A stretch of 63,197 bases of DNA, taken from positions 1 to 63,197 of the IMG/VR virus record IMGVR_UViG_3300036766_001076; one strand, 5' to 3'. This document shows, piece after piece, positions 7,777 through 16,215 of this stretch (positions within the stretch are counted from its first letter, which is position 1; every line of letters starts with the position of its first letter). The notes beneath the pieces are model-generated. The model worked only from the letters and a program-made list of their open reading frames with translations, ran no database searches and had not been told where the DNA came from. The position numbers and the translations under genes were made by a program. Source of the DNA: a virus (taxonomy: Duplodnaviria > Caudoviricetes).

Positions 7777-8913
7777 ATGTCTACCATCACCACTGCCGCA
7801 CGCGAGTACGCCTCACGGCCGGCCGACGAACGCTTCGAGAGCGTCTCGGCACTGGTCACACACGCGTTGACCGAACGCCAAGCGTCAGCCGAGCGCAACT
7901 ACAATCTCAAGGATCTGCGGATCGTCGCCGGACGGGAGAATCAGGCGTACGGTAGCGTCCCCGCGACGACGCTCAGACTCGCATCGCCCAAGGGCGAAGC
8001 CAATTTCACCCATTGGAGCTTTGGCCAGCTTTGCCGCAGCTTGGGCGCGCCCGCCTCATACCTCCGCGAACTCCCGCCCACCATCGCCGCCGACGCGCTC
8101 AATTTCGGCCTGCAAGACTCGCCAGTCGGAACCGCGGCCAACCTGCTCGTACGCGCGCCCAACGGCCGACCCGAACCCACGCTGCGGGCCTGCACGTCGG
8201 ATTCCTACGGCCGGATGTATGACTCGGAACTGTACGACGCCGTACAGAAGCAGATCATCGGATACGATCCTCCGATAGGGGATGCGCAATCGCTGACGCG
8301 CAGTGATCGGGACTCATTCGTCATCTTGACAAACAAACAGAGCGTCATCACCGATCCCTCGCTGATCAACACCGCCGCCGACTGGACCAATAGCGGCCCG
8401 GATGGCGGCCCGGTGATGTACCGCGGGATCCTGCTCCGAAACTCCGAGGTCGGCGCTGCGTCAGTCACCATCGACACGATCCTCTACCGTTGCCGCTGCA
8501 AAAATCGGATGTCTTGGAGCAGCGGCAAGGATCGATCCTTCCGGCGCCGGCACATCGGTACGCACGTACTGCGAGACGTGATACGGCAAATTGCCACGAT
8601 CGCGCGTGAATGGACGCAGCAGAGCGCCGCGCGAGACGAGGCGATCATCCGTGGGCTGATCAGCCACGAGCTCGCCGCGACCAAGGACGCGGTTGTCGAC
8701 GAACTCCGCGCGATCGGCTACACCAAGGACCAGGCGACCGAGGCGTACGAGACCTGTGAGCGGAAGGAGAACGCCAGCCCGCGCAGCTTCTGGGGCATCG
8801 CGCAAGGGACGACACGGAACAGCCAGACGACCGAATGGCAGGACGATCGGTACTTGCTCGACCAGCTCGCGGCCAAAGTGCTGGCGCGTGGGGCGAAGCT
8901 GGTAGCGGTGTAG
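7777..8913 (+). CDS. DUF932/DUF945-like protein
   Basis: THWSFGQLC...PASYLRELP, RGILLRNSEVG, RRRHIG. Confidence 0.7.
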   Translation: MSTITTAAREYASRPADERFESVSALVTHALTERQASAERNYNLKDLRIVAGRENQAYGSVPATTLRLASPKGEANFTHWSFGQLCRSLGAPASYLRELPPTIAADALNFGLQDSPVGTAANLLVRAPNGRPEPTLRACTSDSYGRMYDSELYDAVQKQIIGYDPPIGDAQSLTRSDRDSFVILTNKQSVITDPSLINTAADWTNSGPDGGPVMYRGILLRNSEVGAASVTIDTILYRCRCKNRMSWSSGKDRSFRRRHIGTHVLRDVIRQIATIAREWTQQSAARDEAIIRGLISHELAATKDAVVDELRAIGYTKDQATEAYETCERKENASPRSFWGIAQGTTRNSQTTEWQDDRYLLDQLAAKVLARGAKLVAV

Positions 8914-8915
8914 TC

Positions 8916-9659
8916 ATGGCGAAGTCCAAAACGGGCGTACGCAAATCCTGGACGGTGGCGGCTGTCCTCGCGGAGTCCCCTTGCTACTCCGAGGATCGCA
9001 TCCGCGCGATCTTCGGCCGACATCGATCACTGACGCTGAGACAGATCCTCGCGCTCGACATCCCGGCGGCGGACCGCGTATGGATGGCCTGTCGAGAATC
9101 GGCACTACCGAAGGAAATATACGAGGCGTGGAAGACCGTGGTACTGACGCGCGTGATCACCACTCATGCGCGAAGCTGTGGCATAGCCACAGTCGAATCA
9201 TGGGCACAACGATGGATCGACGGAACGGATCGCACCGAACGATCCGCGGCTCGGGCGGCTGAGGCTCGGGCGACTTGGGCGGCTCGGGCGACTTGGGCGG
9301 CTGAGGCGGCTCGGGCGGCTGAGGCTCGGGCGGCTGAGGCTCGGGCGACTTGGGCGACTTGGGCGACTTGGGCGGCTGGGGCGGCTCGGGCGGCTGAGGC
9401 TCGGGCGGCTGAGGCTCGGGCGGCTGAGGCTCGGGCGGCTCGGGCGGCTGAGGCTCGGGCGACTTGGGCGACTTGGGCGACTTGGGCGACTTGGGCGACT
9501 TGGGCGGCTCGGGCGGCTGAGGCTCGGGCGGCTGAGGCTCGGGCGGCTGGGGCGGCTGAGGCTCGGGCGGCTGAGGCGGCTCGGGCGGCTGAGGCGGCCG
9601 AATACGAGGCACAGATCATGGAACTGTGCACGCTACTGGATCACAAGGAGAAGTCATGA
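8916..9659 (+). CDS. Protein with AAEAR/ATW low-complexity repeat tract
   Basis: Repeat units GGCTGAGGCTCGGGC and GACTTGGGC across about 9245-9600. Confidence 0.7.
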   Translation: MAKSKTGVRKSWTVAAVLAESPCYSEDRIRAIFGRHRSLTLRQILALDIPAADRVWMACRESALPKEIYEAWKTVVLTRVITTHARSCGIATVESWAQRWIDGTDRTERSAARAAEARATWAARATWAAEAARAAEARAAEARATWATWATWAAGAARAAEARAAEARAAEARAARAAEARATWATWATWATWATWAARAAEARAAEARAAGAAEARAAEAARAAEAAEYEAQIMELCTLLDHKEKS

Positions 9660-9961
9660 CCATCAAGATCACGCCGAACGACAAGGGGAACCCTGTCGGC
9701 AAGCTGGCCGACGCCGAGCTGCACTTCGGTGACGGCCCGCTTGACGGCCTCAAGCTGATCGGCTTCTCCATCTGGGAGCGGCGCGGCGGCGACGGTGGCC
9801 GCAACGTGACGTTTCCCTCGCGCCAGTACACCGTCAACGGCGAGCGGCGCAGCTTTGCCCTGCTGCGACCGATCGTCGACGCCAGCACACAGAACCGCGT
9901 CCGTGCGTTGATCCTCGAAGCGTACGCCGACTTCGAGGAACGCGCCGCCAGCGCAGAGTAA
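9656..9961 (+). CDS. SpoVG-like nucleic-acid-binding protein
   Basis: KLADAELHF...LKLIGFSIWERR...VTFPSRQY...ILEAY matches the SpoVG-fold pattern. Confidence 0.6.
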   Translation: MTIKITPNDKGNPVGKLADAELHFGDGPLDGLKLIGFSIWERRGGDGGRNVTFPSRQYTVNGERRSFALLRPIVDASTQNRVRALILEAYADFEERAASAE

Positions 9962-9981
9962 GCCCGTTCGCCGCCTGCACA

Positions 9982-10014
9982 CCCGGCCGGAGTCATTCGA
10001 GGGTTCCGGCCGGG
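9982..10014. terminator. GC-rich hairpin after the SpoVG-like gene
   Basis: CCCGGCCGGA / TCCGGCCGGG 10-bp stem; no U-tract, so function is uncertain. Confidence 0.4.
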
Positions 10015-10032
10015 AATGGAGGTTACGAAAAC

Positions 10033-10251
10033 ATGGCGTACTTGTTGGTCGTCGTAAATTGGGAAGATCGTATCGTACGTGTATATCGCAACACCGCCGA
10101 AGCACGCGCCGCTTTGAACGCATGGCGTACATTGGATGCCGCATATGTACGCGGAGAAGTCTCCGACACGCACTATCTTTCGTTCACGGAGTACATGGAA
10201 GCAGCAGATATCGACGGGTACACAACACAAACCGAAAGTCAAGAAGCATGA
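10033..10251 (+). CDS. Hypothetical protein
   Basis: GGAGG RBS and ATG. Confidence 0.6.
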   Translation: MAYLLVVVNWEDRIVRVYRNTAEARAALNAWRTLDAAYVRGEVSDTHYLSFTEYMEAADIDGYTTQTESQEA

Positions 10252-10658
10252 CGCCCGCCGCCATCCTACACGCGCTCGGCTTTCCCCCGCCGCCTCTCGC
10301 TGGCCCAGAGTCCACCGCCTACACCTACGGCGCCCAGATCCTCGCCTACATCCTCGCGGCCGACGTGGTGGTGTACGGCCTGCTCTCAGACGAAGATCTT
10401 CGGCTCGCGCGCCATGTCGCTGGGTACGCAGTGGCGAGCCGCGGCATCGAGCCGAAGGCAGCTACCAGGATCAGCGATGTACAGATTGAGATAGCTGGGG
10501 TACTCGCAGTACGCGCGGCTGAACGGGGCGATCAAGCGCCAGCCGTCGAACCGCCTGCACTGGCGCCGGAACAGCCGAACCAAGGGCCAATGGCGCGGTT
10601 GCTCCCGAGGCCGATCCCGCAACCGCCATCCGGACAGAAGGTGACGATTGACTTCTAA
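10248..10658 (+). CDS. Hypothetical protein
   Basis: ATGA overlap; starts MTPAAILH. Confidence 0.55.
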   Translation: MTPAAILHALGFPPPPLAGPESTAYTYGAQILAYILAADVVVYGLLSDEDLRLARHVAGYAVASRGIEPKAATRISDVQIEIAGVLAVRAAERGDQAPAVEPPALAPEQPNQGPMARLLPRPIPQPPSGQKVTIDF

Positions 10659-10977
10659 GGCGCAGAGAATCATTGACGTGCTCACGATCCTCGCGCTAGG
10701 GGTACTGGGGTACCTCTGGCTGATAGGAGTCATGCTGCTATGACCAAATACTTTGTCCGCTTCAAGTTCGTCCGTACCGGCCACGTCATCGATCAGGCGT
10801 TTGGCTCCATGACGGAACGGGAGATCATGATCATCACCTTGGCGAGTACCGCCGTGGTACTGGACACATGGGAAGCCTGATGATCTGTCAATGTTGCGGC
10901 CAACGCATCGGGTACAAACGTGTAGGGTCCGGCCTACTTCTCTGCGTCCTCTGCTACCTGTACCTCAAGGCTCAACG

Positions 10978-11415
10978 ATGATTCTCCGCGAACTCAAAAT
11001 CCTGTACGCCCCCGGTCGCCGAGTCGACCACGACAACCGCCGAGCCTGCACACAACCGCGCGACGCCGCAGCGATCTTGATCCCGCTATTGCAGGACCAG
11101 CCCTCCGAGGTATTCGCGGTACTCCTCTTGGACACCCGCTTGCGCGTGCTCGCCTTCCACGAATGCGCCCGTGGTCAGCTCGCCGGAGTCAACATCGAGC
11201 CTAGGGAGGTATTCCGGCCGGCCATCATCACCAATACTCACACGCTCATACTCGCGCATTGTCACCCGAGCGGAGATCCGACGCCCAGCCCGGACGATGT
11301 AGCACTGACCGTCCGGATGCAGACGGCCGGCGTGCTACTGGGGATTGAGATCCAAGATCACATCATCGTTGGACACGAGAGATATTGGAGTTTCAAGGAC
11401 GCCGGACAACTATGA
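10978..11415 (+). CDS. radC: RadC-like JAB domain protein
   Basis: EVFAVLLLD, PREVF, AHCHPSGDPTPSPDD, DHIIVG. Confidence 0.9.
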   Translation: MILRELKILYAPGRRVDHDNRRACTQPRDAAAILIPLLQDQPSEVFAVLLLDTRLRVLAFHECARGQLAGVNIEPREVFRPAIITNTHTLILAHCHPSGDPTPSPDDVALTVRMQTAGVLLGIEIQDHIIVGHERYWSFKDAGQL

Positions 11416-11645
11416 AACGAACTCCGCAATACTGGCGCGAACACTATCAGATGCGCAAGATGAAGTACGGCCAGGTAATCGCTGTCCGCAATGGCGAGCT
11501 CGTACGCGTCGACGCACGTACATGGGCGTTACACCAGACCGGCGTACGTTCCCGTTGCCGGTTCGGTCGCTGCGATCAAATCAGCGAAGACGTTGCACAC
11601 ATCGAAGAATTCGGAGTCCTCCCAAAGCCATCCGGCCGGCCGTGA
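11412..11645 (+). CDS. Hypothetical protein
   Basis: ATGA overlap with radC-like gene. Confidence 0.5.
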   Translation: MKRTPQYWREHYQMRKMKYGQVIAVRNGELVRVDARTWALHQTGVRSRCRFGRCDQISEDVAHIEEFGVLPKPSGRP

Positions 11646-11658
11646 TAAAAACCCGCCC

Positions 11659-11994
11659 ATGAAAACCCCTCCCGCCGAACACGATCCTTCCTGTTGCTCT
11701 GGTCCCTGTGCCTATTGCGACGCCCAGGACAAGCAGCGCAAGCCGCGCGCCACAAGGGCGCCAAGCAAATCTGGAGGATCTGTGCCAAGGGCGCCAAGCG
11801 ATCCTGGGGTACAGAATTATTGGATGCTGCTTGGGGATGAGGGGGTTGAGGCACTGGGGAGGGGGGAAGTGCTTGCGCCACTCTATATCGTGCTGATGAA
11901 TCCGGAGGAGGGAGATCAGATAATCAAGGGGAAGGTACCTGAGAATATTCAAGAGCAAGCGAGGAGGATGAGGACATGGATGAGAAACGCGTAG
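11659..11994 (+). CDS. Hypothetical protein
   Basis: ORF with a Cys cluster; start uncertain. Confidence 0.45.
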   Translation: MKTPPAEHDPSCCSGPCAYCDAQDKQRKPRATRAPSKSGGSVPRAPSDPGVQNYWMLLGDEGVEALGRGEVLAPLYIVLMNPEEGDQIIKGKVPENIQEQARRMRTWMRNA

Positions 11995-12147
11995 CACTAC
12001 CGGAGAACAAGTACTGCTGGGATCCTCGACATGGCGAGCCGTGCTCACGGTTCTGCAAGGAATGCCGGGAGAACTGTCCGATCAAGTACTGGGAGGATTC
12101 GGAAGTCAGCCGTCAGCGTACTGCGGAATGGGAGGTGCGGAAACCTC

Positions 12148-12597
12148 ATGTTTAAGGATCGGCTTCCCGCCTCGCGCTTCTTCGCCCGAATCATCGACCT
12201 GGACATCGAGTGCCCGCGCTGTGGCACGGTCATCGCCGGCCGTGCGCGCGGAGGTCGCGGCGGCTGGGACCGGACCACGCAACGCTTCGAGTGTACCGCC
12301 TGCAAGTTGATACTCGGCTTAGGCGTCCTCGCTTGGCCGCTCTCGATTGCCCCGTCTGGAGATCGCGGCGCTGGAGACGCGCGGCCGAACTATAGACAAG
12401 CACTCGCACTAAGAGCACAAGCCGGCGGGTTTCTGGTCGAAGAGAAGAAGCGCCAAGCCGCAAGCAAGGATAGGAATGTGGTACTTGTACAAGGGTGTAC
12501 ATGTACTGAGATAGGAGTACCAGGAGTACCAGGAGTACTAGGAGTACTAGGAGTACACCCAGGGTGTCCGGTACATGGACACGGAGAAAAGGTATGA
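12148..12597 (+). CDS. Zn-ribbon protein with GVP/GVL repeat
   Basis: CPRC...CTAC, CTC...CPVHG. Confidence 0.6.
   Translation: MFKDRLPASRFFARIIDLDIECPRCGTVIAGRARGGRGGWDRTTQRFECTACKLILGLGVLAWPLSIAPSGDRGAGDARPNYRQALALRAQAGGFLVEEKKRQAASKDRNVVLVQGCTCTEIGVPGVPGVLGVLGVHPGCPVHGHGEKV
12513..12556. repeat. AGGAGTAC x5 with 9-bp period
   Basis: Copies at 12513, 12522, 12531, 12540 and 12549. Confidence 0.9.
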
Positions 12598-13334
12598 TCG
12601 AGAAATGCGCACATGCGGAGGCCACGTACCAGAAGTACGGTACGCTCTATTGTGAGGATTGCTGGAGAGCTGCGCTCGCGCGTGGGCTGACTCCGGAGGA
12701 ATGGGGCAAACTCAATGCGCAGGCGGCGCTACAGTACTCGCGCAGCCCACGACCCAAGACTACCGAGATCCCGCCTGCGCCAAAACCACAGAGGCAGACC
12801 GACGCACAGATCATTGCGACGCTGACGGAATCCATGAAGCAGGAGACCAATCCTCCGGGCGGGATCGTCGGACTGACGTACGCAGGTTGGACCGTTGTCG
12901 CAACCGATGGCCACAGGTTCTTGGCCATCCCCGCCAAAGAACAAGGCAAGGATCTGAAGCTCGGGGCGTACGTGAGCACCCCGGCTGAGTTGTCTTTCAT
13001 GAGTGAACCGGCAGGCTTCCCGATGGCCCTGCGTCGGGTGCTGACCTGTGCGGACAAGGGCTATGTGAAGTTTGTCAAGGCGGCGGAGGAGGAAGAAGAG
13101 GATCTCGTAATTACCGGGTACACCTATCATCCGGCGGACTATACATGCGAAGCCTCCGAGACGATCCCAGTTTCTGTAAGCGGCTCCTGCGAGTTCTCCT
13201 GTAACGCCGAATGGCTCTTGCCTGCGCTGGCAACCGTCTGCCGCGTGGAATTCTGTGGTGGGGCACTCGGCTATGTGCGAGTACGCGCCGGGTCCGCAGC
13301 GTGGATGTACGTGCAAATGGGAGTGAGACTATGA
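12594..13334 (+). CDS. Sliding-clamp (DnaN)-like partial protein with N-terminal Cys region
   Basis: VVATDGHRF motif; ends YVQMGVRL like clamp C-termini. Confidence 0.5.
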   Translation: MIEKCAHAEATYQKYGTLYCEDCWRAALARGLTPEEWGKLNAQAALQYSRSPRPKTTEIPPAPKPQRQTDAQIIATLTESMKQETNPPGGIVGLTYAGWTVVATDGHRFLAIPAKEQGKDLKLGAYVSTPAELSFMSEPAGFPMALRRVLTCADKGYVKFVKAAEEEEEDLVITGYTYHPADYTCEASETIPVSVSGSCEFSCNAEWLLPALATVCRVEFCGGALGYVRVRAGSAAWMYVQMGVRL

Positions 13335-13704
13335 GAATCTGCCAAATTTGCAAACGTCAGCCAATGGAGTACTGGCCCCAACGCTGCTGCCTCTCGTGCC
13401 TGTTGCGCGAGATGCTGAGAAAGTGCGGGTTCTGACCATGAGCAACGAATTCTGGCCAGATCACCAAGCCCGATGTACGAAGTGCGGACGGACTACCGCT
13501 GTCGCAGACGCACGCCCCGATGGGTGGAAATTGCCGAGCCTGGAGGCGTATCAGCACAATACGACCCCGATCACAGTGCCCGCCCTCTGTTGGCGCTGCG
13601 ATCGGGACGCGCGAGCGGCCGAGATGGCCAAGGAACCGGACCCCCGCGACTAAGGGCGCTAAGCGAATTTGGGCTATCTCGTTTTATCTATTGGATTTAT
13701 AGCC

Positions 13705-13909
13705 TTGTTCACTTGTCCACTAACCCCCCGGTGAACAAGTACCCTCCGAAAGCCCTACCCCTAGACACCCCCCTAAAATGAGTGAACAAACTCTCTATCT
13801 CTTTATTGTTCTAGTACTTAAATTGTTCAGTGGCCTGACTGAACAAACTCCCAGTTCAGTGAACAATACGACTTCCTTACAAGTTTGTTCAGTTGTTCAC
13901 CGTTGTTCA
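13705..13909. other. Putative replication origin (AT-rich, TGAACAA iterons)
   Basis: Nine exact TGAACAA/TTGTTCA copies at 13705, 13732, 13783, 13823, 13840, 13860, 13885, 13893 and 13903, next to the RepA-like gene 3' end. Confidence 0.65.
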
Positions 13910-13960
13910 GTCGCTCTTATTTAACCTTTAAGTACTATGTATTAGAGGTACTTAAGTGAG

Positions 13961-15067
13961 TTAGTTCACCGTATCTCCCCCCTCCGGAGGGGCGGGGCGG
14001 GAGACGTATCCGCGCTTGGGAACGAGGAGCATCTCCTTTTCTATCAACCAGTTCCGGTAGAAAAAGATGCGTACCCGTCGAAGACCGATTGTGGTCATGA
14101 TTAGGTCCACAACCTCTTTGAATGGAATCATTTCCGGCTCAAGTGGGACGGACGCGAGGATGGCCGCGACGCACTGGGCGTTCTCGCGGACCTCCTGCTC
14201 CGCAAGCCCTTGAACATCGTCGTAGGGAATGAACAACCCGTCCGCGCCGCGGGTGAAGTAGAACTTCTCCTCCGGCGCATGGCGCGGTACCCACCCAAGT
14301 TCGTGCGCAGGCTGGTCAGACTCTGGAGGAATCAGGTAGACCTGGGTATCGGTGTAGCCGACAAAGGACACAGACCCCGCGATGCGGTCCTGCGGCCGGG
14401 CGTAGCGATCTTCCTTTTTGCCGGGTTGCTTAGAGAAATGCCCTGTGAAGACCATCGTGAGTTGGCGCTGACGGGAGATACGCGAGTAGTGCAGCATCGA
14501 GAGCGCGACGTCACGTTGTTCGTTTGGCCGGCCGACGACGAAGAGCGGGGTGATCGGGTCGACTACGAGGAGGGCGCCGGGCGGGAGTTGAAGTTGGTCA
14601 ACTGACCTATTGAAGATGTCGATGACTTTTGTGGAGACTTTCAGGTCGTTGATCGGGAAGGATGGGTCGTCCGCGATGCAGTAGACCTTGACTTGGTCGC
14701 CTAAACCAACGGCGTCCAGCCATTTACGGGAGCCGGTGGCTTGCCGATCAGCGATGAGGAGCCCCAAGGCAGTCGGCGGGTTGGTGGGTTTCCCGCAGAT
14801 CGGCTCGCCGTGGAGCCAGCGTCGGAACCAATCGACGAGGAGTGTGGTCTTCCCGGCTCCTGGCGGGCCTGCGAACATCGTCAAGGAGCCGAAGGCGATC
14901 ACGTCGGGGATCGGGTCCGGGAAGGCAGGCGCGGGCGCTGGGGCAGGCGGCGGGGGTATCCGAGAGGTGGACGAGACTTCCGCCGCGGTGAGCGGCGGAT
15001 CAGGTGTGTCAATTTCTTGACGTGATACTTGACGAGACCGGGCGCGGTGGCGTAGTCTTTCCGTCAC
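13961..15067 (-). CDS. RepA-like (AAA_25) helicase with probable C-terminal wHTH
   Basis: GPPGAGKT, LLVVDP, HFSK, RIAGS; AGGAG RBS and GTG at 15067. Confidence 0.8.
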   Translation of the reverse strand: MTERLRHRARSRQVSRQEIDTPDPPLTAAEVSSTSRIPPPPAPAPAPAFPDPIPDVIAFGSLTMFAGPPGAGKTTLLVDWFRRWLHGEPICGKPTNPPTALGLLIADRQATGSRKWLDAVGLGDQVKVYCIADDPSFPINDLKVSTKVIDIFNRSVDQLQLPPGALLVVDPITPLFVVGRPNEQRDVALSMLHYSRISRQRQLTMVFTGHFSKQPGKKEDRYARPQDRIAGSVSFVGYTDTQVYLIPPESDQPAHELGWVPRHAPEEKFYFTRGADGLFIPYDDVQGLAEQEVRENAQCVAAILASVPLEPEMIPFKEVVDLIMTTIGLRRVRIFFYRNWLIEKEMLLVPKRGYVSRPAPPEGGDTVN

Positions 15068-15298
15068 CGGCCGGTCTCCTGAGGAAGCAGGAGCATCGGT
15101 GGCCTCTTGGAAATTAGGGGCTGAAGAGGGGAGAGCCTTGGCGGACCCTTTCGGCCTCTCGGTCGATGTTGCGTCGTGCGGGTGGGCGCACGCTGCATCC
15201 ACTCTTCAGCAGAAGTCGCGACGATATACCCTTCAGGGATCCTGAGCAAGCCCCAACCGGCAGGGGTTGAGAATTTTGCTGGTCTGCTATTTTGTGGG

Positions 15299-15327
15299 TT
15301 GACAACCCGGCCAAGTTCGCCTAGATT
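15299..15327 (+). promoter_or_regulatory. Sigma70-like promoter
   Basis: TTGACA-N17-TAGATT. Confidence 0.7.
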
Positions 15328-15338
15328 ATCCCGTATCC

Positions 15339-15746
15339 GTGGCCAAAGACCCTGACGACGACCGCACCCCAGACCTCCTGACTGAATCGCTCGGCGCCGA
15401 GCAACCTTCGCCCCCGCTCGGCCATGTGGTGAAGAACCGTACCGCGCTCGCCGAGGAACGGCTCCAGCAAATCTACCGCGTGGTCACCGCCCGGCGGCAA
15501 CCGATTCGTATCCGGACGGCGCTGCATCTCTGGCACCCCGACGAGGAACAGTACAAGGGCTGGCCGGGGAATAGCTGGACCATGCAGGCAGCGAATCCGG
15601 ACGAAGCGCGGGCGTTTGCGGAGGTCCTAGAGACGGTGTTCGATTGTTTGAGCGTGGAGAATGTCAAGGTGGTGCTGGCGCGGGTGCAGGAATTGAAAGA
15701 GGACTTGCAGGCCGGGGCTACTGCACACCCCTTGACAACCCGATAA
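15339..15746 (+). CDS. Hypothetical protein
   Basis: ORF directly after the promoter. Confidence 0.6.
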   Translation: MAKDPDDDRTPDLLTESLGAEQPSPPLGHVVKNRTALAEERLQQIYRVVTARRQPIRIRTALHLWHPDEEQYKGWPGNSWTMQAANPDEARAFAEVLETVFDCLSVENVKVVLARVQELKEDLQAGATAHPLTTR

Positions 15747-15760
15747 GGTTCCTGTAGAGT
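15732..15760 (+). promoter_or_regulatory. Sigma70-like promoter
   Basis: TTGACA-N17-TAGAGT; shares TTGACAACCCG with the 15299 promoter. Confidence 0.7.
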
Positions 15761-15817
15761 CGCCCGGTTTTACGAAATACCTGTAGAGACCTGTGAAGGT
15801 CGCGGAGGAGTTCTCAA

Positions 15818-16213
15818 ATGGTACCACAAACATTCCGGCGTAAATCCTCGACGGTAACCGCGATCTCGTGGAACGGGACCAACCTGCGCGAGGTGCAGGA
15901 GTTCATGTTCCCGGATTCGCCGTTGTCTCCCGTGCCCCCCGGAGGGCCGCTGGGCGTACGCGGGCCGGGAACAGGCGGTAGCCTGCACTGGTGCGGCGTT
16001 GGCGACTGGATCGTCAAGGATGTCGAGGGATGCCGGATTGTCACCGGCGCGGTGTTCGTGGCCGAGTTCGAGCTGGCCGGGCCGCAGGAGATTGTAGGCC
16101 CGAAACTCTACGAAGATACTCCGAGCACGAGTGAAGTACCCTGTATTGCTAAGGGAGTAACGATCGGCGGCCCCTCCGTACCGATTCGCCCTTGCACGGA
16201 AGAGACCAAGTAG
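15818..16213 (+). CDS. Conserved phage hypothetical protein
   Basis: FRRK...AISWNGTN...GDWIVK. Confidence 0.7.
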   Translation: MVPQTFRRKSSTVTAISWNGTNLREVQEFMFPDSPLSPVPPGGPLGVRGPGTGGSLHWCGVGDWIVKDVEGCRIVTGAVFVAEFELAGPQEIVGPKLYEDTPSTSEVPCIAKGVTIGGPSVPIRPCTEETK

Positions 16214-16215
16214 CC

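Noticed and set aside
13885-13909. LexA boxes (GTTC-N7-GTTC or GAAC-N4-GTTC)
   Set aside because: GTTC direct-repeat spacings are 4 and 6; the repeats fit iterons better
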